Origin: Carcharhinus longimanus
Taxonomy: Eukaryota
NCBI GenBank assembly: GCA_030264375.1
Contig: JASCQW010000027.1
Location: forward strand, 85,274,419 to 85,338,418
Direction: 5' to 3'
Length of the DNA stretch: 64,000 nucleotides
The position numbers were made by a program, and so were the translations under genes. The notes beneath the pieces were generated by a model. That model did not search any database. It worked only from the letters and a program-made list of their open reading frames with translations, and was not told where the DNA came from. Of this stretch, positions 12,571 to 22,266 are shown piece by piece. Every line of letters begins with the position of its first letter. Position 1 is the stretch's first letter.

Positions 12571-13424
12571 TTAGGAAGGATCTCATTACGAAGAAGGGGA
12601 GGGATGTAGTCTTTTAGAATTTTGAAATTGCAGTGTATACATATTGTTCAATTGGAGTTACCATCCAGAACTCTACCAGCAGAAGGAGCCTGCAGGCAGA
12701 AGCAGAGAGCCTGAAGAAGTTTGTTTCAATAAATGAAGCCATTGTACTCATGCACTTTTAATTTTGGTTATCTCTGGCTGTTTCTGTTCCCGAGGACCTC
12801 TCACACACACGCATGCCTTTTCCGAATCCACTCATGTGAGGACTGAGATGGAATTGTTGATGTTGAGTAACTCTGGTATGCAAAAGTGGATTTGGACATC
12901 CCGAGCTTCAAGGTAGTAATTTACCAGTGATCCTAAACAGCACTTTCTGCTGAGCTAAAAGCTAAACACAGGTTTACATTTCAAAGATTCAGAGCCTGCA
13001 GTGTTTGCAAAAAGGCAAAGGCTTGCCGCTGAATCTCTTTATTTACAATTGGTGCAATCACTGTTAATAATTGACAAGCTAGCCCAGAGCAGAATGGGAC
13101 TTGGATGAGTAAGCCACCAATTGGGAGATGGGAATTTTCCCAGCTTGGCTCTAGATAATCAAGCAAGCAAGTGCTCAGTGGATAAGGTGGCCAGGAAGAA
13201 TGTTGTCAACTTCCACAAATATGCTAAATAAACCATCCTTTATTTCACTGCTTCCCCCATCAATATAAAGACTGATGCTACATTCTTCATCTATCAGCTG
13301 AGCCAAGATTTCTCCCAACTCAACATCAGAAAACCACTGCACTGCGAAACTAGCCAATTTCATCCAAGTTCATTTTATATTTAAACACACATTCTAGAAA
13401 TGCAGGGACTGTGTGCTAAGTCAC

Positions 13425-13643
13425 TGTAGTAAGTCTTCAGAGGCAGATGTGCCTTTATTTACAATTCTAACAGCAGTACACAGTGCGATCAGTGAACAGT
13501 CAACCTTCGGGAGTGCCAGAGGAACTGACACTCCCGGTTAAATACAAGGAAAAGACTCCCTGATTGGCCCATCAATTAATGCCTTAATCAGGGAGTTCAT
13601 ATTCCAACAGGCCAACCTCAATGGCCTGATTGAAATCATCACA
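13425..13643 (-). mobile_element. Solo LTR (~220 bp)
   Basis: TGTA...ACA ends; colinear with the second copy at 32961-33850; flanks gtcac/gccat (decayed 5-bp TSD?). Confidence 0.75.
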
Positions 13644-14314
13644 GCCATTATGTCAACCATAGGCAAAGGAGTTAACAATTCCAGATATAGCAGATAGACA
13701 TTAATTTATTTCTTCCTCTTAAATATCAGTTGCTTTTTCTGTAAGTACTTATGGTTAAATAAATAGGCAGCACATTTCATTGTGATGTGGTTTGTCGCTG
13801 GTCTCTGTCCAAATTTGAGGGGGAAATTTTAAATCCTGATAATATTTGGATCCGTTAGGATGTAAATATTAAAAAGATTAATCAGAAACCCGAAGCCAGC
13901 CTGTCTTCCACACACCATCTTCTGCTTGTGACCAGGGTGAGGGGAGGGAGAGAATTAACCCACTCCGAGGATGTGGGAAGAGGAGCTGGAGGAGGAAGCA
14001 CTCATCCATTCCAAGAAGGCAGACATAGGAGAGCCGGGGAGGGTGTTGGTGGTGGGAGGAGGAGGGAGNNNNNNNNNNNNNNNNNNNNNNNNNNNNNNNN
14101 NNNNNNNNNNNNNNNNNNNNNNNNNNNNNNNNNNNNNNNNNNNNNNNNNNNNNNNNNNNNNNNNNNNNATCACATTGCTGTGGCTCTGGAGTCACATGAA
14201 GAGTCACACTCCCCTCTCCTACACTAACCAGTGGCAATCGATGGGTCAGGAACGAGAAATTGTTACCCCCACGTTATCATCATAAAGTGGGTGCATGGGC
14301 CAATTTTCACTCCA

Positions 14315-14510
14315 TTTCCTGGATTGATGCAGCTCCAACACTAAAGAAGCTCAACACTATCTCGGAAAAGCAGCCCCCTTATTGGCATCACACCCATCAG
14401 CTTTAACGTTCATTCCCTCCACCACACACAGTAACAGCACCTACAAGATACAGCAGTGACTCACCTAGGCTCCATCAACAGCACCTTCCGAATCCAAGAC
14501 TTTGACCATC
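14315..14510 (+). mobile_element. CR1/L2-group LINE ORF2 fragment (same family as 272-640)
   Basis: WIDAAPTLKKLNTI..HSLHH..QHLPNP. Confidence 0.7.
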
Positions 14511-14511
14511 A

Positions 14512-14850
14512 TACAATAATTGAATCCCCACAGTGCAGAAGGAGGTCCATTTGGCTCATAGATGCTCTGCTCGGTGCAGAATCAAACACAGGCCCGCCCC
14601 TAACCCCACATATTTACCCTATTAATCTCCCTAACGTACACATCTTGGGACACTAAGGGACAATTTTAGCATGGCCAATGCATCTAACCTGCACATCTGT
14701 GGATGGAAACCGGAGCACCTGGAGGAAACCCATGCATACACAGGGAGAATGTGCAAACTCCACACAGACAGTGAACCAAGCCAGGATTCGAACCCAGGTC
14801 ACTGGAGCTGTGAAGCAAAAGTGTGAGCCACTGTGCTACCATACCGCCCC
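14512..14850 (-). mobile_element. HE1-type SINE (tRNA head, V-domain, CR1-derived tail)
   Basis: Reverse complement gives gggcggtatggtagcacagtgg..gggttcgaatcc..tgtctgtgtggagtttgcacattctccc..ccttctgcactgtgggga. Confidence 0.9.
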
Positions 14851-15344
14851 TTATTATCATAAGACTGCAGCCTCACATTTTATCCCTCTGTGCACAGAGG
14901 CAAGGACAACTTTATGGAAGATGTTTTCCAGTACTGTAGCAAGAATACTTCCTCCTGATCTTCCAAGTTTAAACAGTCTCCCCACTACCCACGAAGGATC
15001 CCAGAACTCCTCCCATGTCAGAATTGCTGACCTCCCCTTCAAGAGAACCAGACCTCAACCATCACCAGGATCAGACTCCCCACTACAAGATTCGGATACC
15101 CCACCAAACACCACACCTCCCTCCATCAATCCTTACTCTATCCTGGCAAGGCAGACTCTCTGTGTTGGAGTGTTCACTATACTCAACGGGGGAGCCAGCA
15201 AGTTCCTGTTGGTAAACCTGCTGGAAAAAGATAGATGAGGTTAAAACTCCACTCTATATGGAGTCTCAATCACAGCTGTTTTTCCCCCATCGCTGACATA
15301 CCACTCAAGCTCAGAACGCCTGCCTCAGACAAAATAGGAGCCTA

Positions 15345-15453
15345 AGGGTAAAACTTTCCCATCCTGCCCGCCACGGGGCAGACCATGCAAAGGTCTATTG
15401 GCCTCGGGTGGGAATTCCGGCCTTGGGGCAAGTGCAGCTGGAAAATCCCACCA
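15345..15453. mobile_element. MITE family A
   Basis: Reverse-orientation match to 29007-29132; end ggaaaatcccacc. Confidence 0.65.
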
Positions 15454-16699
15454 TGAAAGTCTGAAATGAAAGAAACAATGAATCTTATTGCACCATTGTT
15501 GTCTGCTGTTTCACTTTAATACAGCAAATTACTGATCCTAATGTCAAATCTGTATGCTTCCAAACCCANNNNNNNNNNNNNNNNNNNNNNNNNNNNNNNN
15601 NNNNNNNNNNNNNNNNNNNNNNNNNNNNNNNNNNNNNNNNNNNNNNNNNNNNNNNNNNNNNNNNNNNNTAACGTACATTTAGGTAATGGAGCATCAGAGA
15701 GGTGTTTATAAAATCATTTTATGTTTAAACCTTTACATGGTGAAATGTTAAATTGCATTAATGTATATCTGCCTGGAAATAGGAGGTGGCATCATTAATA
15801 ATCCCAATTTCAAGCAGTAAGAAGGCTTTTCTCAGACAGCCAGGTCTCCTTTAAAGTTTGTAAAGAGGAGAAACTGTTTTATAAAGCAGAGGACTGCACC
15901 CAGTCCCCTGCCAGGGCCCCCTTCCTGATAATGATGGGCTGAAGGAACATGGACAGCAGGTTCCACCTGGATGCCACTTCCTGAACAGCATGTGGTACAT
16001 AGACATAATAGGCTTACTAATACGTTGATCACTGTGTCTGACCAGAGGACAGCGCTGCAGATGAAAGAACCAGCTGGGCTGAGGACGCCACAGCCTAACC
16101 CTAATCCTCTTCACTACTCTGTCTATTTAAAATAATAGTCTCGAGAAGAATCGGCACATCTAAATCATTCTATGCAAGATATATCTCGAATGACAATATA
16201 CACTTGCTTGACTGAGAAACTCTGTAAATTGTTTAAACTGATAGGTACTGAAAACGCGCAATCATTTAAAAAATACACGACTGTGTTGTATAATATGTGC
16301 AAAATTAACAGACATTTTCAGCTTCCAACAGAGTTCCTTTTGCCTTCAGCCTCATTTCATTATTACCATGGATACCTACCCATTCCCATGGAGACGGTCT
16401 CGATTCCAAATTAAAATTTTAAAAAGTGCAATATTCACAGTCTCTCAGTTGTAATGTTCCATATAGATAGAGGGAAAGTTGTTTAATATAATGGGATCAA
16501 AGCACTGAGTACAATTCCATTTTTCAATGCTTTCCTAATTTGAACAATGTTCTCCTGTATGTGGAATCGAGGTTTATCCTTAACTCTGTTTGGTCCTCAG
16601 ATCTACCTTAGGCATTACCCTGAAATCAGTGCTTTTACATGATTTTCAATTGGAGTAGTGCAGAGGGCCAAGTATAAGATATAGCAAAATCCCAAAGGC

Positions 16700-17310
16700 A
16701 TTTAGAAAACAAGATTTATCATTTGCAGTAGCCAATTTGCCCACAGAAAGATCCCACAAACAGCCACAAAATAACTGACCAGTTCATCTCCTTCNNNNNN
16801 NNNNNNNNNNNNNNNNNNNNNNNNNNNNNNNNNNNNNNNNNNNNNNNNNNNNNNNNNNNNNNNNNNNNNNNNNNNNNNNNNNNNNNNNNNNNNNCTCCTT
16901 CTGGTGTTGGCTGAGGGATTCTTCATGTAGAAGCATGGAATGTTAGACATTTACCTTAGTAAGAAGTCTCACAACACCAGTTAAAGTCCAAAAGGTTTAT
17001 TTGGTAGCACAGCTTTCGGAGCATTGCCCCTTTATCACTTTAGTGGTGATGAAGGGGCAGCGCTCTGAAAGCTCATGCTACCAAATAGACTTGTTACACT
17101 TTAACCTGGTGTTGGAAGACTTCTTACTGTGTCCATCCCAGTCCAACGCCGGCAACTCCACATCATGACATTACCTGGGAGGGCAGATGGGACCTCATTT
17201 TTGCAGCTCACCCAGAAAGGTGGAACCTATGACAACACATGCAGCACCCATGCAGCACTGTACTGATGTGTCCATGAAGATTATGTGCTCAAATCTCTGC
17301 AGTAGCAGAC
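16700..17310 (-). mobile_element. Deu-domain SINE (SacSINE1-like), split by a gap and a Penelope-derived insert
   Basis: gccaatttg..aagatcccacaaacagc and gagggcagatgggacctc..cagaaaggtggaacct..gcagcact blocks typical of DeuSINEs. Confidence 0.65.
16958..17167. mobile_element. Palindromic Penelope terminal-repeat element with hammerhead-like motifs on both strands
   Basis: 16958-17128 is an imperfect inverted repeat (agtaagaagtct...agacttcttact); tgatgaaggggcagcgctctgaaagct on +, mirrored on -; homologous to 41045-41360. Confidence 0.8.
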
Positions 17311-17574
17311 ATTCACTCTGACACAATTTTCCCGTGGTGTTCATGTCACTGGTTGTTCATGGCGTAGCCACATTATAGTGTAAATACAACAGTAAAGAGC
17401 TAATTTGATGAATTNNNNNNNNNNNNNNNNNNNNNNNNNNNNNNNNNNNNNNNNNNNNNNNNNNNNNNNNNNNNNNNNNNNNNNNNNNNNNNNNNNNNNN
17501 NNNNNNNNNNNNNNTACTCTGTGAATAGTGTTTCATGTATGAGGAACTCACCAACTTACTTGGTGAGTTTCTAC

Positions 17575-17720
17575 AGAGACTTGGTGGTGCAGTGATAGCA
17601 TCCCTACCACTGGATCAGAAGCTCTATGTTCGACTCCAATGCCAGGACTTACTGGCCATAGAAGAAGCATTCAACATGATTCAACAAGCTGATAATCAGC
17701 TCGGAAATGCTTCCACCACT
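17575..17720 (+). mobile_element. Old tRNA-derived SINE head
   Basis: A box tggtgcagtgatag and B box gttcgactcc; no cloverleaf or CCA-type end. Confidence 0.5.
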
Positions 17721-17825
17721 TCCCCCATTATTCCCCGAAGGATAAAACAGTATAGGTGTGATGAAACAGAAGAGAGAGTGTGTGTGTGTTCTCACTGATA
17801 GGTTTTATTGAACTGGTTAGAAATT

Positions 17826-18210
17826 GTACAGTGCTCGCTTCATGGCAGAGTCACATGACTATGGCAAGCTACGTAGCACATTTAGTACGATTGCGTTCTC
17901 ACCAGCCAAATATCCCTCTTTCCATATTCAACAAAATTGTGGGTCATTCTTCCCCCAGTATCTTTGCGTTGTCTCTAAAACTTGTTTGGTCAGAGCTCAC
18001 GGAGCTTGATACATTGAAGGCTTCTGTTTACCATATGTTTTCAAAGATATGTACTCAGCTGGAATCTTACCCTTCAAGTCTTCCAGTTCAGTTCTGATGT
18101 GAACATTTTCTTTGGCTCACGCTGTTCAGTCTGCCTCATGGCAGAGTCACATAATGATGGTAAATTGGATAGTTTACTCAATAAGATTGCATTTTCAAAA
18201 CCCAAACAAT
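17826..18210. repeat. Diverged ~85-bp direct repeat pair (17826-17912 and 18124-18208)
   Basis: Shared tcatggcagagtcacat followed by an ungapped alignment through gattgc.tt.tca..a.ccaaa. Confidence 0.75.
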
Positions 18211-18444
18211 CAGGGTGCTCAGTGCACTGGCAATGAATATCGGGAAAACGTAGGTAAGCTGCCAACAATTTCCTTTCGTTAATAGCAAAGTTTCCACCAG
18301 CAATGCAGGTTCAGAAAATCACACTCAATGAACAAGTATTAAGGTTTAGAATGTCAAATCTGACTGTCCCTGCAGATAGCCTATTGACAGAATTGAAGCT
18401 ATTGTTATCAATTAAAGTGTATACCAGTTTGAAGCAGTTAGGAC

Positions 18445-18773
18445 TGGTGCAAATCCTGCTGGAATGAGACTCTGCTAGTAGCATTCAATGTTGCATCACA
18501 ACCCATTGCAGCTCTGATTGCAGCCTAGAGAACATGATTGATGGGGGAAGAAATTTACTTTTAAGTGAAATGTAGAGAGGGATATCACATTCAGCAGATA
18601 AAAGTTTGGAAAGTTTCTGGGGAATCTTGAAATGTGAGATGATACAATGGACATTTTTGAGAGTTGGGAAGATGTTGTCACTTCCGATATGTAAGGGCTG
18701 TGAATAATGATTCAAATAAGCATCTGATGCAACATTGAATGCTAGGGCAATTTCTCTGACACGATTTGCACCA
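18445..18773. repeat. Inverted-repeat-bounded ~330-bp element (possible MITE)
   Basis: Perfect 20-bp IR 18479-18498 / 18725-18744 plus outer 11-bp IR 18445-18455 / 18763-18773. Confidence 0.75.
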
Positions 18774-18971
18774 ATTCTACTTCAGGAAGGGTACCGTTCA
18801 GTAGACTGTACCCACAGCGTGTCTTCAGCAAGTACTTTTCCTAGGATCTTCATTGAGAAGCAATGGCTCAGGGTCAGTCGCTTCACCAAGGAGACTGTCA
18901 ACTAGCTGTGTCACCTGATGCAATTGTAACTCAAACCTCCCACTAGGGCATAGGCATGAATTTTTTTTCAG

Positions 18972-19160
18972 TTTTTATTTATTAGTGTCACAAATAGGCT
19001 TATGTTAACTCTGCAATGAAGTTACTGTGAAAATCCCCTGGTCGCCACACTCCGGCACCTCTTTGGGTACACTAAGTGAGAATTTAGCTTGGCCAATGCA
19101 TTTAATCAGCATGTCTGAACCTGGCATTGTGAGGTGGCAGTGCTAACCACTGTGCCACTG
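18972..19160 (-). mobile_element. HE1-related SINE, alternative-tail subfamily (internal deletion)
   Basis: tttatttattagtgtcaca..aatgaagttac tail plus ctaaccactgtgcca head. Confidence 0.85.
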
Positions 19161-19199
19161 TCTGTAACTGTTTAAAGTCACTGTGGCCATTAACTGTTA

Positions 19200-19520
19200 A
19201 CAGGTTCTTCCCAGCCTGCAATACCTTGACATTTCTCCGTTTGCAGTTCACCATTGTAACAGGGAAGTCACCAAGACTTCCTTTCAAGATCTCCTTTCCT
19301 ATGACCAGAACAAAGCAGGACGAGAGATCGCGAGGCTTCACCTGCATTGTGGTCTTCCCAGGATGGCAAGAGGCCACACAAGACACCTCACCTTGCGTGC
19401 TCCCCATCATCAGCCAAACATCTGGAATGATTCTCCACTCCATGAGTGACCAGTTGTGTGTGATCATAGGCAGTCCATCATGCAACCTGCACCCACTTGC
19501 CTTTCAGCAGTTATGATGCA
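19200..19520 (+). mobile_element. Harbinger transposase fragment
   Basis: ISPFAVHHCNREVT..ISFPMTRTKQDERSRGFTCIVVFPG..QLCVI resembles the HARBI1-type transposase. Confidence 0.65.
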
Positions 19521-20189
19521 TTCAATCCTCTGTGTCACCTTTATTTCAACCAATCTGCCAGCTTACAACAACAACATTTAAATTAATATAGGAGGAAAAT
19601 TAATTTGCACATTGCTGATTCTGTGCAGAATACATGGATTCCGTCAGGGCAAACAGCAGCTTGGACCTTTACTTGTGCAATCCACTTGGCTGTCTTTAAT
19701 GCTGTTATGAAAGAATCCACGAGGGCCATGTAGGTAACAGCCCACAGTGCTGCTCAATTCCGGGAAATCAATGCCAGCCTGTGTAGCAGATGGACCAGGA
19801 GTTTGGTAAATCTTGTGAAGGCTTTGTCACAGGTGTCACACCGGAAAGGTTTTGCCCTAGTGTGAATGTGGCAGTGTTGGGGGAGCGTTGATGACCGTCT
19901 GAATGATTTGTCACACACCTCACACGTGAATGGTTTCCCCCCTGTGTGAATTCGTTAGTGGATTGGAGGCAAGGATCACAGGCTCCGGGACTCACTTTCT
20001 TGGCTGCAAGGAACTGCGCCCATCTCCCCTACAACAACTACATTCTAGTTTACACCCCCCACTTTAATGTCTCCAGCACCATGGTTCATGATTAATTTGC
20101 TCATCCATCGTGCGGTTCCATTTCTGGTGTATACAAGCAGCAATAGCTTCAAACAAGTTGGACAATTGCAAGGGTGAGGCTCCTCCATT

Positions 20190-20398
20190 TGTACCTGCTG
20201 GATTCACATACCTGACTCACTTACATCACGCCCATCTGCCCCTGACCTTGGACTAAATTGGAAGTACCTATCCTAAGGGCTCCTCCTGGTACAACGTGAT
20301 CATGTAACTATCCCTCTCCCTGATACATCACAGTATCCAAAGCTCAGACTCCAGCTCATCAATGCTGCAGATGTTCACTGAGCTACAGACACTTAGTG
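20190..20398 (-). mobile_element. CR1 ORF1 N-terminal fragment
   Basis: KCL*L..IDELESELWIL*CIRERDSYMITLYQE, resembling the CR1 ORF1 zinc-finger/coiled-coil. Confidence 0.6.
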
Positions 20399-20494
20399 CT
20401 TACGTAGTATTAAACTTTGTTTAATAACACTCCTGTGAAGCTGCCTTGGGATGTTTTACATCAATGAAGGTATCATGTGGGAGAAATTTGTTCA

Positions 20495-20610
20495 TGTGGC
20501 TAGTGGTGCTACACATGGTAAAGGACATCTTCTTTGGGCTGGAAAAGAACTTGGAGGGGAAGGATGGAATTGCTATGGTCCACGTGGGCATCAATGACAT
20601 GGTGGGACCA
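20495..20610 (+). mobile_element. CR1 ORF1 esterase (SGNH) fragment
   Basis: VKDIFFGLEKNLEGKDGIAMVHVGINDM (VHVGTND motif). Confidence 0.65.
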
Positions 20611-20694
20611 GAAGATCCTAGCCAATGCGTGTACTCTCAATGACGTTCTGCACCATGGGGAAGGCTGCAATCCTCATGAACACATGCACTTGCC

Positions 20695-20997
20695 TGGTTG
20701 TGGTACAGTGGTTATTACTGCTGCCTCACTGTGCCAGGGACCTGTGTTTGATTCCCGGCTTGGGTCACAGTATGTGCAAAGTCTGCACATTCCCCCCGTG
20801 TCTGAATAGGGTTCCGCTGGGTGCTCCGGTTTCTTCCCACAGTCTGAAAAACATGCTGGTTAGGTGCACTGGCCATGCTAAATTCTCCTTCGATGTATCC
20901 AAACAGACGCCGGAATGTGTCGACTCAGGGAATTTCATGGTAACTTCATTGCAGCGTTAATGTAAGCCTACTTGTGACACTAATAAATAAACTTTAA
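20695..20997 (+). mobile_element. HE1-related SINE, alternative tail
   Basis: tRNA-like head and V-domain; tail cttcattgcagcgttaatgtaagcctacttgtgacactaataaataaacttt. Confidence 0.9.
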
Positions 20998-21299
20998 ANN
21001 NNNNNNNNNNNNNNNNNNNNNNNNNNNNNNNNNNNNNNNNNNNNNNNNNNNNNNNNNNNNNNNNNNNNNNNNNNNNNNNNNNNNNNNNNNNNNNNNNNAA
21101 TTTCATGGTAACTTCATTGCAGCGTTAATGTAAGCCTACTAGTGACACTAATAAATAAACTTTAAACTTTGTCTCTGACAAGAGAGAGTGAAGTGTAGTT
21201 TGCTCTTATTGAAAGCAGATCTTCTGTGACCTCCCTAAGGGATTGTGGACAGCAACTGTAAGATGTTACAAATATCTCCAGCACCAGACTGGAAGGAGC

Positions 21300-21470
21300 C
21301 AAATGTATTCACATTCATTGCCACAATCACCTTCACAGACACTGACATTGCAATTCTTGTTCTGATCTCAAGTTCCACTTGTGACTGCAGCAGAGAAAGA
21401 TTTCAATAAGACATCCTTACTAAAGTACAGACATCTTACACACTGTCCTTTACTGATGCTTGAGTAGGGA
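21300..21470 (+). mobile_element. Possible ancient hAT transposase C-terminal (dimerization) relic
   Basis: FTDTDIAILVLIS[frameshift]VPLVTAAEKDFNKTSLLK resembles FP.I.IA..I..T.P.T.A.AER.FSK..L.K. Confidence 0.35.
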
Positions 21471-21944
21471 AATTGCTTCTTAAACACCCTGAGCAGATAT
21501 AGCTTCATTCTGAGAACCCTTCTCCTTTTCTTCAAGCAGCTTGTCTTGCTTTGCGTGACCTCTGTTCATTCTTCCACTCATGCTGCATTCCAAGGGAAAA
21601 TACCTACTTCTACATCCGTGTCTGCAAACAATTGATTTGTGCAAAAGTCTTGAATTCAGCAAAAAAACTCTTCAGCCAACATCAGACCACACCTTGTGGA
21701 CAATCCTGATATAACAGATTGAAATCATACAGATCCAGGGCTGAGATTCATGAGATGGGACTATGGGCACAAATTCAGGGGTTGCCTTTCCATCTTTCAT
21801 CAAACCTCCCACTTCATAAAAGATTCAACACTAGAGTGTAGGTTGGCTGCAGAAACAAGAAGGTTTGACTTTCTAGCCTCATGTAAATATTTTCATGAAA
21901 CCAAGTTTTAAACTTCAGTATGCAACTTCAAGCTGTTCTTTGTT

Positions 21945-22266
21945 ATAGAAACCATACAGTGTAGAAGGAGGCCATTTAGCTCATTGAACCTGCACCAACC
22001 ACAATCCCACCTAGACTCTATTCCCGTAACCCCATGAATTTACCCTGTTAAACCCCCTGTTACTAAGGGACAATTTATCATGGCCAATCCACCTAACAAG
22101 CACATCTTTGGACTGCAGGAGAAAACCGGAGCACCTGGAGGAAGCCTACACAGACACCAGGAGAACGTACAAACTCCACATCGAAAGTGACCTAAGGCCA
22201 GAATTGAATTCGGGTCCCTGGCACTTTGAGGCGGCAATGCTAACCACTGTACCATCGTGCCGCCCA
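21945..22266 (-). mobile_element. HE1-type SINE, near full length
   Basis: Head gggcggcacgatggtacagtggttagc, V-domain and CR1-like tail. Confidence 0.9.

Larger units (their letters stand above)
6800..12810 (+). mobile_element. Decayed Gypsy/Ty3 LTR retrotransposon (gag-PR-RT-RH-INT, PPT, 3' LTR) with nested insertions
   Basis: Zn knuckle CKTCRKPSHFAHFC (~7528-7572); protease IDAFIDTEESSNV (~7745); RT LTPTINDIL (~8305); RNase H FDPRK../REALSII (~8895-9110); integrase QGIVQTKQLLQKTVWFP and WIEASVDF..YLLVVT..SRFPVVEIL (9730-10200); PPT gaagaaggggaggga followed by TG at 12605; AATAAA ~12728. Many stops and frameshifts; 5' boundary uncertain. Confidence 0.85.

Noticed and set aside
14678-15238. 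186-aa ORF
   Set aside because: Runs through an antisense SINE and low-complexity repeat sequence; no recognisable domain
20931-21169. ~68-bp tandem duplication of a SINE tail
   Set aside because: Copies abut the two sides of a 100-N gap and differ by one base; contig overlap or haplotype artefact
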